A program made the translations under genes and the position numbers. Shown here piece after piece: positions 48,672 to 58,317 of a DNA stretch of 64,000 bases; positions within the stretch are counted from its first letter, which is position 1, and the number at the start of each line of letters is the position of its first letter. The DNA is from a bacterium (GTDB taxonomy: Bacteria > Electryoneota > Electryoneia > Electryoneales > Electryoneaceae). The stretch covers positions 2,208,001 to 2,272,000 of the forward strand of contig OY769902.1 of assembly GCA_963669175.1 (NCBI GenBank), written 5' to 3'. The notes beneath the pieces were generated by a model, which saw only the letters and a program-made list of their open reading frames with translations, made no database searches and was not told the origin of the DNA.

Positions 48672-49630
48672 GCTGCCACCTCCTCGCCCAGGGGCTGGTT
48701 GTCACGAGTCAACTGCTGGAAGATGGATTCGAGGCTCTGGATTTCGCGAGTCATCTCGAGCAGTGTCCAGTCTTTGTCCACACACAAACGGAACAGATCC
48801 TTGCGCGGGTCCATGTCACGTGATGCGATCAGCTTGACGCCGATGACATTACGTTCAGGATCAGCCAGTCTTTCCGCAGATTCTACTCCGGGAACGCCAC
48901 GGAACAGGTCGATGTCGTCGGAGCCTTCACCATAGACAGATATTCGTATCACACCCTGCCCCTGGAAACGATGCTGCAACTCGTCAGGGGTGCCGTTCGC
49001 GACGATCTTGCCTTCATTGATGATGACGACTCGGTCGCAGGTGGCTTGCACTTCGGACAAAATGTGGGTGGAAAGGATAACTGTTTTTTTACGGCCGATT
49101 GATTTGATCAGGCTGCGGATTTCCACGATCTGGTTCGGGTCGAGACCGATGGTGGGTTCGTCGAGGATCAGGATCTTGGGATCATGCAGCATGGCCTGTG
49201 TCAGGCCGACACGCTGCTTGTAACCCTTTGATAACTGACCGATGCTCTGCTTCATACGGTCGTTGATCCCGGTAATCTCGCCGATCTCACGGATGCGGTT
49301 CTTCCGTTGATCTTTCGGGATACCTCGCAGCTCGGCGATGAACATAAGGTACTCGCCGACTGACAAATCGTAATAAAGGGGGTTGGATTCGGGCAGGTAA
49401 CCGATCAGCTCACGTGTCTTCAAACTGTCGTTTACCACGTCCAACCCTTCCACCTTTACCCTCCCGGCAGTGGGTGGATAATACCCGGTCAGCACCTTCA
49501 TTGTGGTCGTCTTACCGGCGCCGTTCGGACCAAGGAAGCCCAGAATTTCACCGTCCGCCACTTCGAAAGTGATCCCGTCCACCGCAGGGAAGTCGCCGTA
49601 CAGCTTCCTTAGATTCTCAATCTGAATCAT
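48668..49630 (-). CDS. ABC transporter ATP-binding protein (GldA-like)
   Basis: GPNGAGKTT, LSKGYKQRVG and ILDEPTIGLDPNQI. Confidence 0.95.
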   Translation of the reverse strand: MIQIENLRKLYGDFPAVDGITFEVADGEILGFLGPNGAGKTTTMKVLTGYYPPTAGRVKVEGLDVVNDSLKTRELIGYLPESNPLYYDLSVGEYLMFIAELRGIPKDQRKNRIREIGEITGINDRMKQSIGQLSKGYKQRVGLTQAMLHDPKILILDEPTIGLDPNQIVEIRSLIKSIGRKKTVILSTHILSEVQATCDRVVIINEGKIVANGTPDELQHRFQGQGVIRISVYGEGSDDIDLFRGVPGVESAERLADPERNVIGVKLIASRDMDPRKDLFRLCVDKDWTLLEMTREIQSLESIFQQLTRDNQPLGEEVAA

Positions 49631-49936
49631 CGGAGACTCCGTTCGCGTGTAGGTTAAGGGTTTACAGGACTAGCAGGCTGTATCACGTTACTTCATTCGA
49701 AACAGTCTACTGCAACTATATCGTTCTATACGAAACAAGACTGGCAGAGTTCCCCAATGCTCTGGAGAAACCATTGACAATGCCAGAGTTGACACCCTGA
49801 AAGTCCAGCTTGCGCCGAAGGTAGGGCACACACCTTGTGAACGCAAACGAATTGCAACCAAATGCAGGTAAATAATCGTATATTTCCAGCAAAACAACAT
49901 CGTTGACGATTCCCGTCATACCAAGAGTACATTGTT

Positions 49937-50212
49937 ATGCCACGTGCCCATTTTCTACGTACAGCGAAATACCTGAAACATGCTATCCAGCGGTTGGATA
50001 CTATCACTGCGACCAGCGACCTGCCGGATCTGCACCGACTGTCTGTGGATATTCAGACCACCCTTTCCGAGAACATCGTACACGAGAACCGGATGCTGTT
50101 CCTGGGGGCATTGCGTGTCCATCATGAAGAGGATATCGCAGAGTACGCTGTGGGACTAAGGGAACGACTGGTGGAACTGCAGGAGGAATACCTTGAGAAA
50201 GCAGGGAGGTAA
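49937..50212 (+). CDS. Small hypothetical helical protein
   Basis: 91-aa ATG ORF with protein-like composition in an otherwise non-coding gap. Confidence 0.5.
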   Translation: MPRAHFLRTAKYLKHAIQRLDTITATSDLPDLHRLSVDIQTTLSENIVHENRMLFLGALRVHHEEDIAEYAVGLRERLVELQEEYLEKAGR

Positions 50213-50403
50213 TTCTTTTCAGCTTGCATTTACAGGATGTAAAGGATGATAAGGGGGTATAATTGAATTGGCAAAAAACGGCACAGGTAGCAGGGGTATT
50301 ATAAAAAGGTGGATTACCTAGATTTATCAATATAGTCTCACGTTATCGTTGACATTCGAAATTTTATTTCTGCATTTTGTATTATGGATTCGGGGGTAAT
50401 CCC

Positions 50404-52137
50404 ATGATCAGAAACAATCGCGTCAGGTTCGCTTCAGTTTTCTTTCTAACTCTTCTTCTGCTGTTTTCCGGCAGTATTCCTGCAGCTCTTGCCCAGTGGC
50501 AACCCAACGGATTGATATTTGAGGATGTGATATACCACTACACAATGCTTCCAACTGACGATGGTGGGCATTGGGTAATTTACGATACTTGTATTGATCT
50601 TGAGTACTATTGCGGACTTGTACAAAGGTTCAATGCCGATGGCTACATGCAACTACCTGAATACTATTTGTACGGTGGCGTATCCATTGTAAATCCATTT
50701 GGACACAACGCAGAAATTGCCGGAGCAGTAAACTCTGATAATGGCTCCATCATTGTCGCTTTCATGAGTGCAACCCTTAATCCTGAACTTGGCGGGTGCA
50801 TGTACGCCCAGAAAATATCTCCGGAAGGTGAGTTATTATGGGGAGATTCTGGCGCTGTTGCATTTGAAGATGATGTTTTTCAAGGCGCCAATGGTATATT
50901 TCCTTCAATATGTTCCGATGAAGAAGGAGGATTCTGGGGTTTCTACCGTGAACGTCCCTATTGTCCCATGTATTTGTATGGAGTAAACGAAGACGGAAGC
51001 CAGAAACTAACCAGGCCAACATACATTCGCTATACTGAAGACGGCCCTGGAAATGAAGCAATACTCATCGCACACCCGGATGGGGGTGTGTATGTGGTTT
51101 ATGAAGACTTTCATGGCACTCCCTACCTGGGCCTTATGATGAAACGTTTCACAGCAGAGGGTGAGGAGGTGTGGAATGAACCTGTCCTGGTGATGCCTCG
51201 AATCTGGGGTGGCAGAGTTGATCTGAAACGCTATAACGATAACAGTGTAGTAGTATTTAATGCGGAATTGGGAGGAGATGAGGTATATCTGAATCGAATT
51301 TCCGAAGATGGGGAAACAATGTGGGGCGATTTTCTTGACCTTTCATCACACGGATCAGGCGGCTCCAGTTCAAATCCTGTTCTATTGGCAGATAATTCTC
51401 TCTTCTATCATCATGTCTGGATTATGGGCGCTGATTGGGAAAACCGATTGTACCGTATTACGGAAGATGGAGCGCCTTATTACTATGGGTACTGGTATAT
51501 GACGTTTGAACCACCAATGAGAAGCTGGAGCTTGTTTAATGGTCTTTTACCATCAACCAATCCTAACAGAATTTTTTCATACAACAAAGTCCAGATACCA
51601 GGTAGAAGCAATACGGAAAGTAGTATATTATGCCAGCTTCTTGATATTCATAGTGGCATGGACTCATTTGCCGATGACACTGTTTTAGTAGATTTTGATT
51701 CATATCATATAAATAACAGTGTCAAGGCTATGCTTCTTCCCGATAGTTCCGGTGTTATAATTGTATCCAATGATATTGAAAACTATAGCTTTCTAAATAT
51801 GTACAAAGTATTAATGGATGGCACTGTTGTAGGGCATGAGTCATCAGTAGATGAGATATTTTTAACCATTCCTGAAACATTTACTATAAGCAGTATTCAC
51901 CCTAATCCTTTTAACAGTTCTGTTTTGATTACAATAGAACTTTCTGTTGCAAGTACAGTAACATTGAAAGTCAGTAATCTTGAAGGACGTATTCTGGATC
52001 GGCGGGATTATACATTTAATTCCGGGGAGCAGCAGGTGAGTTGGTCCGCACCACCTGACCTGGCTTCTGGTACGCTGTTCTTCTCGCTGTCGGATGGAAC
52101 TATTACGGTTGTCAGGAGAGTTATTCTTGAGAAGTAA
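50404..52137 (+). CDS. Secreted protein with a T9SS-like C-terminal sorting domain
   Basis: Signal peptide, repeated YAQKISPEGELLWG-type blades and the IHPNPFNSS...LASGTLF...ILEK tail. Confidence 0.82.
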   Translation: MIRNNRVRFASVFFLTLLLLFSGSIPAALAQWQPNGLIFEDVIYHYTMLPTDDGGHWVIYDTCIDLEYYCGLVQRFNADGYMQLPEYYLYGGVSIVNPFGHNAEIAGAVNSDNGSIIVAFMSATLNPELGGCMYAQKISPEGELLWGDSGAVAFEDDVFQGANGIFPSICSDEEGGFWGFYRERPYCPMYLYGVNEDGSQKLTRPTYIRYTEDGPGNEAILIAHPDGGVYVVYEDFHGTPYLGLMMKRFTAEGEEVWNEPVLVMPRIWGGRVDLKRYNDNSVVVFNAELGGDEVYLNRISEDGETMWGDFLDLSSHGSGGSSSNPVLLADNSLFYHHVWIMGADWENRLYRITEDGAPYYYGYWYMTFEPPMRSWSLFNGLLPSTNPNRIFSYNKVQIPGRSNTESSILCQLLDIHSGMDSFADDTVLVDFDSYHINNSVKAMLLPDSSGVIIVSNDIENYSFLNMYKVLMDGTVVGHESSVDEIFLTIPETFTISSIHPNPFNSSVLITIELSVASTVTLKVSNLEGRILDRRDYTFNSGEQQVSWSAPPDLASGTLFFSLSDGTITVVRRVILEK

Positions 52138-52313
52138 AACACTTCATAATATGCACATGATATTGCCCTCTGTTTGTTTGTCAAACAGGTATATAGCGAT
52201 TCCCATTGTTAATCCGTCATATGGTTATATGCTATATCAGTGAAAAGTCAACTGTATAGTTGGAATAAAGGATATGGAAAAAGGGGACTGCCTCCTTTCC
52301 CTGGGGTAAAGCC

Positions 52314-52709
52314 CTGTCTCTTACCCACATCTTCTGAAAGCTGTATCAGTAAAAGAGTTGTGGACATAGCATTTTTAGAATCCCGGCGGGATTCCCTATT
52401 TTAGCATAGTGTACAGGCCGTCTGTTTGGCCTGTACACTATGTCAGGTATTCTAACGAATAATCAACCCTGGAAGGGTTGCATAATACGCGATTCATATT
52501 AGTACGTTCAATAAATACAGGAAATAACGCATTTTATATTCTATACAAACCAATTGGGTGTAAATTATACGTTATGCAACCCTTCCAGGGTTGAGATAAG
52601 GTTTGATCTTTTTCGTAGGGTAGACGCTAAACAGACAGCGTCAACCCTACGCTAAAATATACCACCCCCTCTGGGGTGGCAGAAACACGAAGATGTGAGC
52701 AAGAGACAG
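52314..52709. mobile_element. Non-autonomous IS50/IS4-family miniature element (MITE), 396 bp
   Basis: 19-bp ends CTGTCTCTTACCCACATCT (52314-52332) and AGATGTGAGCAAGAGACAG (52691-52709); 10-bp direct repeat GGGTAAAGCC at 52304-52313 and 52710-52719; no ORF inside. Confidence 0.85.
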
Positions 52710-52903
52710 GGGTAAAGCCTTCCCGCTGTGAGCATTGACCGGGAAAGGTGGCTGTACCCTTTTTCTGGGGAGCAGGTAGGAATAACACGGAAAAGGGGAC
52801 AGTTTCCTTTTCCAGAAGTATTTCAGGAATATTCTGACAAGCGCGAGAAAAAGGATCCCGTCCCCTTTTCCCGGAAGGTATTCAATAGAATCAAGGTTTA
52901 TAG

Positions 52904-52934
52904 AAAACCCCGGTATAGTAACCATACCGGGGTT
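52904..52934 (-). terminator. Terminator downstream of glgC
   Basis: AAAACCCCGGTAT...ATACCGGGGTT hairpin. Confidence 0.75.
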
Positions 52935-52964
52935 GTTGGAAAGCTCTAAAAAGGTGTTTATCAC

Positions 52965-54257
52965 CTACCGAAAGACAATCTGCGTTCCTTCCGGGATAAT
53001 CGCACGTTTTTCCACCACGATCACACCATCACGCAGAACCCAGCCATCGCCTTCGGTGTAGTCGCCTGGACCGGCAACGATTCGGACGCCGTTTCCGATT
53101 CGAGCGTCCTTATCAATGATCACCCCTTCCAGGTGGCAATCATGACCGATGCCGATATCCGGCAGTCCCTTGTGCCGATTTTCCTCACGTTCATCTGCAG
53201 ATTCAAAGTAGTCGGAGCCCATCATGTAGGTATCAATGATGGTTGAACCTTTGCCCACACGTGAGCGGACACCGATGATACTGTGACGGATATACGCATC
53301 GTCCACAATACAGCCTTCACTCAGAATAGCGTTATCGGCGGTAGTCCGTGTGATCTTACTCGGCGGCAGATAACGGGCATGGGTGAAGATCGGGTTATGT
53401 TCATCATAGAAGCTGAACTTGGGCATCGGGTTAACGAAACCAAGGTTGGCCTGATGGAAAGATTTGATCGTTCCGATATCTTCCCAGTACCCTTCGAACA
53501 GGTACGAATAGACTTTCCGTCCGCTCTCGACAGCATGGGGGAAGATCTCTTTACCGAAGTCCATCTCACGATCCGAGGTCAGAATCTCTTCCAGTAGTTC
53601 ACGCTTGAAGACATAAATGCCCATGTTGGCGAGACAGTAGCCGCGACGGTTGTCCATGCTGCGGTTTTTCCAGAAATCATCCTTGATTTCCAGCTTGTCA
53701 ATCAATTCCGGGTCTTCCGGTTTCTCGACAAACTGTTTTACAAAGCCATTATCATCAATTTCCATAACACCAAGTCCGCTGACCTTCTGACGTTCTACAG
53801 GCATTGCGGCCACGGTAACATCGGCATTAGTGTTGCGATGTTCTTTGAGCAGTTTGCGATAATCCATGCGGTAGACATGGTCGCCGGACAAAATGAGATA
53901 ATGGGAGAAACGGAAGCGGTCATAATGCTTCAAGGTTTTCCGGACAGCGTCGGCAGTGCCCTGGAACCATTCCGAGGAATGCTGGGTCTGTTCCGCCGCC
54001 AGGATATTGACAAAGCCATCCATGCGGAAGCTGTCAAAATGGTAGGTAACGTCAATGTGACGGTTCAGACTGGCCGAATTAAACTGGGTCAGTACAAAAA
54101 TGCGATAGATATTCGAGTTCAGGCAGTTCGAAATGGGAATGTCGATGAGACGGTATTTCCCATTGATCTGAACGGCAGGTTTGGAGCGTACTTTGGTAAG
54201 GGGAAAAAGGCGTGATCCACGTCCACCGCCCAGAATAACCGCCATAATATCTCGCAT
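52965..54257 (-). CDS. glgC: Glucose-1-phosphate adenylyltransferase
   Basis: ILGGGRGSRLFPLT, KPAV, LTQFNSASLNRH, WFQGTADAV, FVEKP and YWEDIGT. Confidence 0.96.
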   Translation of the reverse strand: MRDIMAVILGGGRGSRLFPLTKVRSKPAVQINGKYRLIDIPISNCLNSNIYRIFVLTQFNSASLNRHIDVTYHFDSFRMDGFVNILAAEQTQHSSEWFQGTADAVRKTLKHYDRFRFSHYLILSGDHVYRMDYRKLLKEHRNTNADVTVAAMPVERQKVSGLGVMEIDDNGFVKQFVEKPEDPELIDKLEIKDDFWKNRSMDNRRGYCLANMGIYVFKRELLEEILTSDREMDFGKEIFPHAVESGRKVYSYLFEGYWEDIGTIKSFHQANLGFVNPMPKFSFYDEHNPIFTHARYLPPSKITRTTADNAILSEGCIVDDAYIRHSIIGVRSRVGKGSTIIDTYMMGSDYFESADEREENRHKGLPDIGIGHDCHLEGVIIDKDARIGNGVRIVAGPGDYTEGDGWVLRDGVIVVEKRAIIPEGTQIVFR

Positions 54258-54415
54258 TGCTCGCCTCCTCTATGCTTCGGACGACAGCATAGGCTGCCTT
54301 GTTACTGATAGTATAGTCGAAACTGTATGATCCTGATGAAAGAATCGTTATGCGTCTGTTTGGACACCCTGACTTTATAGGAGTTCTACTGCCCCAAGTC
54401 AATCCCGGTTTCTTG

Positions 54416-55102
54416 TTATTTGATCTCGTCGAGTATACTGAGGGTGGCAGATGCTCCAATACGTGTAGCGCCGGCCGCGACCATGTCGAGTACATCCTGC
54501 AGCGTCTTGATACCTCCGGCCGCCTTGATCCCAACCCGTCCCTTTGAAACTTCCGCCATCAACTGCACTGCTTCAACCGTAGCGCCGCCTTTGCTGAAGC
54601 CGGTTGACGTTTTGATATAATCAGCGCCGGCTTCGATGGAGATACGGCTTGCCTGCACAATCTGTTCATCGGACAATTCGCAAACTTCAAGGATGACCTT
54701 CAGCAAATTGTCGCCAATGGCCTGCCGTACCGCAGCGACATGCGCCCCGACCTTATCCCATTTTCCTTCCAGCGCCAATCCCACCGGGATAACCATGTCG
54801 ATTTCCGTGGCGCCGTCATGTACTGCGCGAGTCGCCTCCAGGGCGACAACTTCAGGTTGCCCGGCTCCCAACGGGAAACCGACCACGCTGCATACTTCGA
54901 CGTCAGAACCTTCAGTGGCTTTACGCACAGTCGGCACCCACATCGGGTTCACACAAATCGACGCGACATGGTTCTGCAGGCCTTCTTCGGTCACACGCAG
55001 CACATCCGCTTCGGTAGCGGATGCTTTCAAAATGGTATGGTCGAATATGGCTGCGACCGTAATCCTGGTCAGTTCTTCCGGCAATTGAATCGTGTACGGC
55101 AT
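54416..55102 (-). CDS. deoC: Deoxyribose-phosphate aldolase
   Basis: DHTILK, VGFPLG, EIDMV, IKTSTGF and IKAAGGI. Confidence 0.96.
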   Translation of the reverse strand: MPYTIQLPEELTRITVAAIFDHTILKASATEADVLRVTEEGLQNHVASICVNPMWVPTVRKATEGSDVEVCSVVGFPLGAGQPEVVALEATRAVHDGATEIDMVIPVGLALEGKWDKVGAHVAAVRQAIGDNLLKVILEVCELSDEQIVQASRISIEAGADYIKTSTGFSKGGATVEAVQLMAEVSKGRVGIKAAGGIKTLQDVLDMVAAGATRIGASATLSILDEIK

Positions 55103-55122
55103 ATGGGGACTCCCGACGCTAA

Positions 55123-56469
55123 TCAGCTAACTGCTTCAGCGGCCATATCAGCAAGTTTACCTGCCTCATCCGCAGAACGTGCTTCAGCAAAAATACGTAC
55201 AATCGGTTCTGTGTTGGAAAGACGGACATGTGCCCAACCTTGTTCCAGATCTACACGGATCCCATCACGGGTATCATATTGCGCCTGATCACCAAAACGA
55301 TTGCGCAGCATGCCCTCCAATGATTCCGCGTTCACCTTTTCCGCTGGCGCTTTGCGTTTGACCATGCTGTACTGGGGTAGACGGCTGACCACCATGCTCA
55401 AGGGGTCATCTTCATCCGCCAGTTGCGCCAGTGCGAGTGCCGCGCCGACCAACGCATCACGTCCGGTGTGAACCTCCGGGAACATGACTCCGCCATTCCC
55501 CTCGCCGCCGATCACCGCTTCGACACGGTCCATCTCCATGGCGACATGTGCTTCACCAACAGGAGTACGATAGCAGGGAACACCGGCCGCCTTGGCAATA
55601 TCCTCAACCGCGCGTGATGTCGACAGGTTAATGACAACCGGGCCTTTCTGACGTGCCAGAATGTATTTCACCGCCAGCGCCAGGGTCAGTTCTTCGCCGA
55701 TCGGAGTGCCCTGTTCATCCACGATGGCCAATCGATCACCATCAGGATCGAGTGCCAGCCCGATATCAGAACCTTTATCCTTTACCAGCGTGCTCAGATC
55801 TTCAAGATTGGCCGGAATCGGTTCCGCTTCGCGTCCAAAATGACCGCTCAGATCGTCATGAATCTTGATAACATCGCAGCCCATCTCGTGAAGGAGATCC
55901 GGCATGACCAGGTTACCTACAGAGTTCACCGCATCCACGGCGACTCTGAACTGCCCACGTCGAATCGCTGAGACATCAATCAGGGGATTTTCGAGAACCT
56001 TGCGAATATGAATTTCGGCAGAACCGGTGTGTGTGGTAACCGAACCAAGATTTCCGGTGCTGACATAGTTCAACGGTCCATCACGGAACAGCCGGTTCAC
56101 TTCGCCGCCTTCATCCGGACCGAGGAAGCGTCCACGGCGGTCCAGGAATTTCATCGCGTTCCAGCCAATCGGGTTATGGCTGGCTGTAACGCATATCCCA
56201 CCGGATGCTTCCAGATGTTCTACCATCAATTCGACAGTAGGTGTGGTCGCCAGATCAAGATCTATTACGTTTATCCCGGTAGCGTTTAACCCTGCAAACA
56301 GGGCTGCACGCACCATATGTCTGGAAGGTCGAGTGTCTCCACCAACAACAACTGTGCCGCCTTTCAGGTATGTGCCGAATGCCGCACCGTAGCGTGAAAC
56401 GACTTCAGGGGATAGACCATCCCCTATGACGCCACGTATTCCAGCCACACCTGTCATCAAACGGGCCAT
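55123..56469 (-). CDS. glmM: Phosphoglucosamine mutase / phosphohexomutase
   Basis: TASHNP, DPDGDRL, GGEGNGG and SNTEPIVRIF; the glmM versus PMM assignment is not certain. Confidence 0.8.
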   Translation of the reverse strand: MARLMTGVAGIRGVIGDGLSPEVVSRYGAAFGTYLKGGTVVVGGDTRPSRHMVRAALFAGLNATGINVIDLDLATTPTVELMVEHLEASGGICVTASHNPIGWNAMKFLDRRGRFLGPDEGGEVNRLFRDGPLNYVSTGNLGSVTTHTGSAEIHIRKVLENPLIDVSAIRRGQFRVAVDAVNSVGNLVMPDLLHEMGCDVIKIHDDLSGHFGREAEPIPANLEDLSTLVKDKGSDIGLALDPDGDRLAIVDEQGTPIGEELTLALAVKYILARQKGPVVINLSTSRAVEDIAKAAGVPCYRTPVGEAHVAMEMDRVEAVIGGEGNGGVMFPEVHTGRDALVGAALALAQLADEDDPLSMVVSRLPQYSMVKRKAPAEKVNAESLEGMLRNRFGDQAQYDTRDGIRVDLEQGWAHVRLSNTEPIVRIFAEARSADEAGKLADMAAEAVS

Positions 56470-56620
56470 CAAAGCCTCCTGCTCGTCAATTTTCGCCGTA
56501 ATATAAGGCGGTTATATGAAGACACCAAGGTGAAAACAACGTATCCGGCTATCATTGTTTTTCTGTTTGAAGGTAGAGAAACCGTAATCGTTACAGGCTA
56601 TTGCCAGACTATGGATGCAC

Positions 56621-57355
56621 TTAATGGCAACAGTCCATTTGCACTTCTTCGGTTCCATCGGCTGTCTTTGCAACCGATACTTTTGGGCTGATATAGGGGA
56701 TACCGAGGGACATTCCCCGCACAATCAGGAGCAGGGCTAATACGATTGCGGCGGCTGGGATAAGCTTACGAATGGCATCCTTTATTTTGTGCTGGATCAG
56801 GTTTCCTGCGATGGCGGTAGCCAGCATTACCGGGATCGTTCCCAGCCCGAACATGACCATGAACCCGATGCCACCGGTTACGGAACCAGTTGTCGCTGCG
56901 CCAGCCATGGCGGCATAGACCAGCCCGCAGGGGAGGAAGCCGTTAAGAATGCCAATGATAAAGAGCGAACCAAATGTTTTTCTTCCAATCAGCTTGATCC
57001 AGACTTTTTTCAGCCTTCCGCCAAACGCCTGGAAAACATCAGGAGACAACAACCATGCTGTGAAACGATGGGGAAGAAGGACTGCGATCAATATCAGTAC
57101 GCCCAGAACAATGGACAGGTAGCGCTGAAATCCGGCCATGGCTGCCGTAGCGCCGATCAGACCGACAATCGCGCCGAGAAAACCGTAGGTAACCGTACGC
57201 CCGAGGTTATAGAGTGTTCTCCCGATGATATAGCGGACACGTCCCGCATCGCGATCCGTCAGTGCGATCACGATAGGGCCACACATGCCGATGCAATGAA
57301 GGCTACCGAAAAGACCAACGATAAAACCTGGCCAGATGGATGTCAGTAACTCCAT
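56621..57355 (-). CDS. DsbD_2 / TauE-SafE-like membrane protein (type associated with cbb3 oxidase maturation)
   Basis: GSLHCIGMCGP, YNLGR, NGFLPCGLVY, FGLGTIP and C-terminal CCH. Confidence 0.88.
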   Translation of the reverse strand: MELLTSIWPGFIVGLFGSLHCIGMCGPIVIALTDRDAGRVRYIIGRTLYNLGRTVTYGFLGAIVGLIGATAAMAGFQRYLSIVLGVLILIAVLLPHRFTAWLLSPDVFQAFGGRLKKVWIKLIGRKTFGSLFIIGILNGFLPCGLVYAAMAGAATTGSVTGGIGFMVMFGLGTIPVMLATAIAGNLIQHKIKDAIRKLIPAAAIVLALLLIVRGMSLGIPYISPKVSVAKTADGTEEVQMDCCH

Positions 57356-57385
57356 AACACTTCTCCGGTTGTGTAACGAATCTTC

Positions 57386-57862
57386 CTACTTATTCACAAA
57401 GATATTCTGTTCAATAAGAAACTCTTCATCACCCAGGTTCCATGCAATGGAAACCTTCCATGCACCAGGTGGAATCGCGTCAAGGATCACGTGTTGTGAT
57501 CCTGTTGAATCGGGGGCGAGTGGGAAAGTACGATCCTGTTTCTCGCCCGATGGACGATAGAGTCGGATTGTGCCACGAATGTCCTGACCGCGATGTTCAA
57601 GTGGCATGGCAATGTCGAGAATGTTGCCATCCTGGGTATAGTGAAGCTCCAGGGGGGAGGAAAGCTGACGCGCCCGTTTTCGCGCATCAATAGTCGCCTG
57701 GTAATGCTGGCCATCGCTGAAATAACTTTGACTTACCAGGTTTCTGCTACGCAATGAAGCCAGCACGGCAATCGTTACAAATGCGATGGTGAAAACAACC
57801 ATCACAGCCAGAATGGCAACAGGCCATTTGCTCTTGCCCGGATTGTCAGCTTGCGCGACCGT
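57386..57862 (-). CDS. fixH: FixH family protein; probable non-canonical ACG start
   Basis: KWP plus a TM helix, LVSQSYFSDGQHYQATID, LYRPSGEKQD and GAWKVSIAW; SD GGAGG 8 nt before the ACG at 57862. Confidence 0.75.
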   Translation of the reverse strand, partial: TVAQADNPGKSKWPVAILAVMVVFTIAFVTIAVLASLRSRNLVSQSYFSDGQHYQATIDARKRARQLSSPLELHYTQDGNILDIAMPLEHRGQDIRGTIRLYRPSGEKQDRTFPLAPDSTGSQHVILDAIPPGAWKVSIAWNLGDEEFLIEQNIFVNK

Positions 57863-57973
57863 TATAGTCCCCTCCCAGGTCCGAAGAATCGTGTTGATTG
57901 AATGCGTTGATAGCTGAAAAAAGGCTGTATTTATCTACAAGAGTATAAAGAAATCTACCAGGTTATACCAGCA

Positions 57974-58276
57974 TTACATCTTGTCTGATGCTTTTTCTGC
58001 CTGCTCTGTTGCTTCTTCGACAGCTTCTTCGATTTTCTCTTCAGCTTCCTGGGCCGCTTTTTCAGCCTTTTCCTGTGCTTCTTTCGCGGCTTTTTCAGCA
58101 GCTTTCACTGCTTCCTGGCTGATTTCTTCCGCTTTTTCCTCTACTGCCTTCTCGATTTCTGCAGCCTTTTCCTGCAGCTTGGCCCGCGCTTTTTCACGTG
58201 CCTTGTCGCAACCAAAAGCGAAAATAAGAGATCCGCAAAGCAGAACGACTATCAGCGTGTTAATCCAGCTACGCAT
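57974..58276 (-). CDS. Small Ala/Glu/Lys-rich lipoprotein
   Basis: Lipobox AFGC followed by a low-complexity helical repeat. Confidence 0.7.
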   Translation of the reverse strand: MRSWINTLIVVLLCGSLIFAFGCDKAREKARAKLQEKAAEIEKAVEEKAEEISQEAVKAAEKAAKEAQEKAEKAAQEAEEKIEEAVEEATEQAEKASDKM

Positions 58277-58317
58277 AATCCCCCCAAGAATGAAATGGTC
58301 CTGAACTCGAGTATGGT

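Noticed and set aside
52314-52709. Nextera/Tn5 adapter contamination
   Set aside because: Both ends differ from the mosaic end and from each other, face inward as TIRs, lack adjoining adapter sequence and are flanked by a 10-bp duplication.
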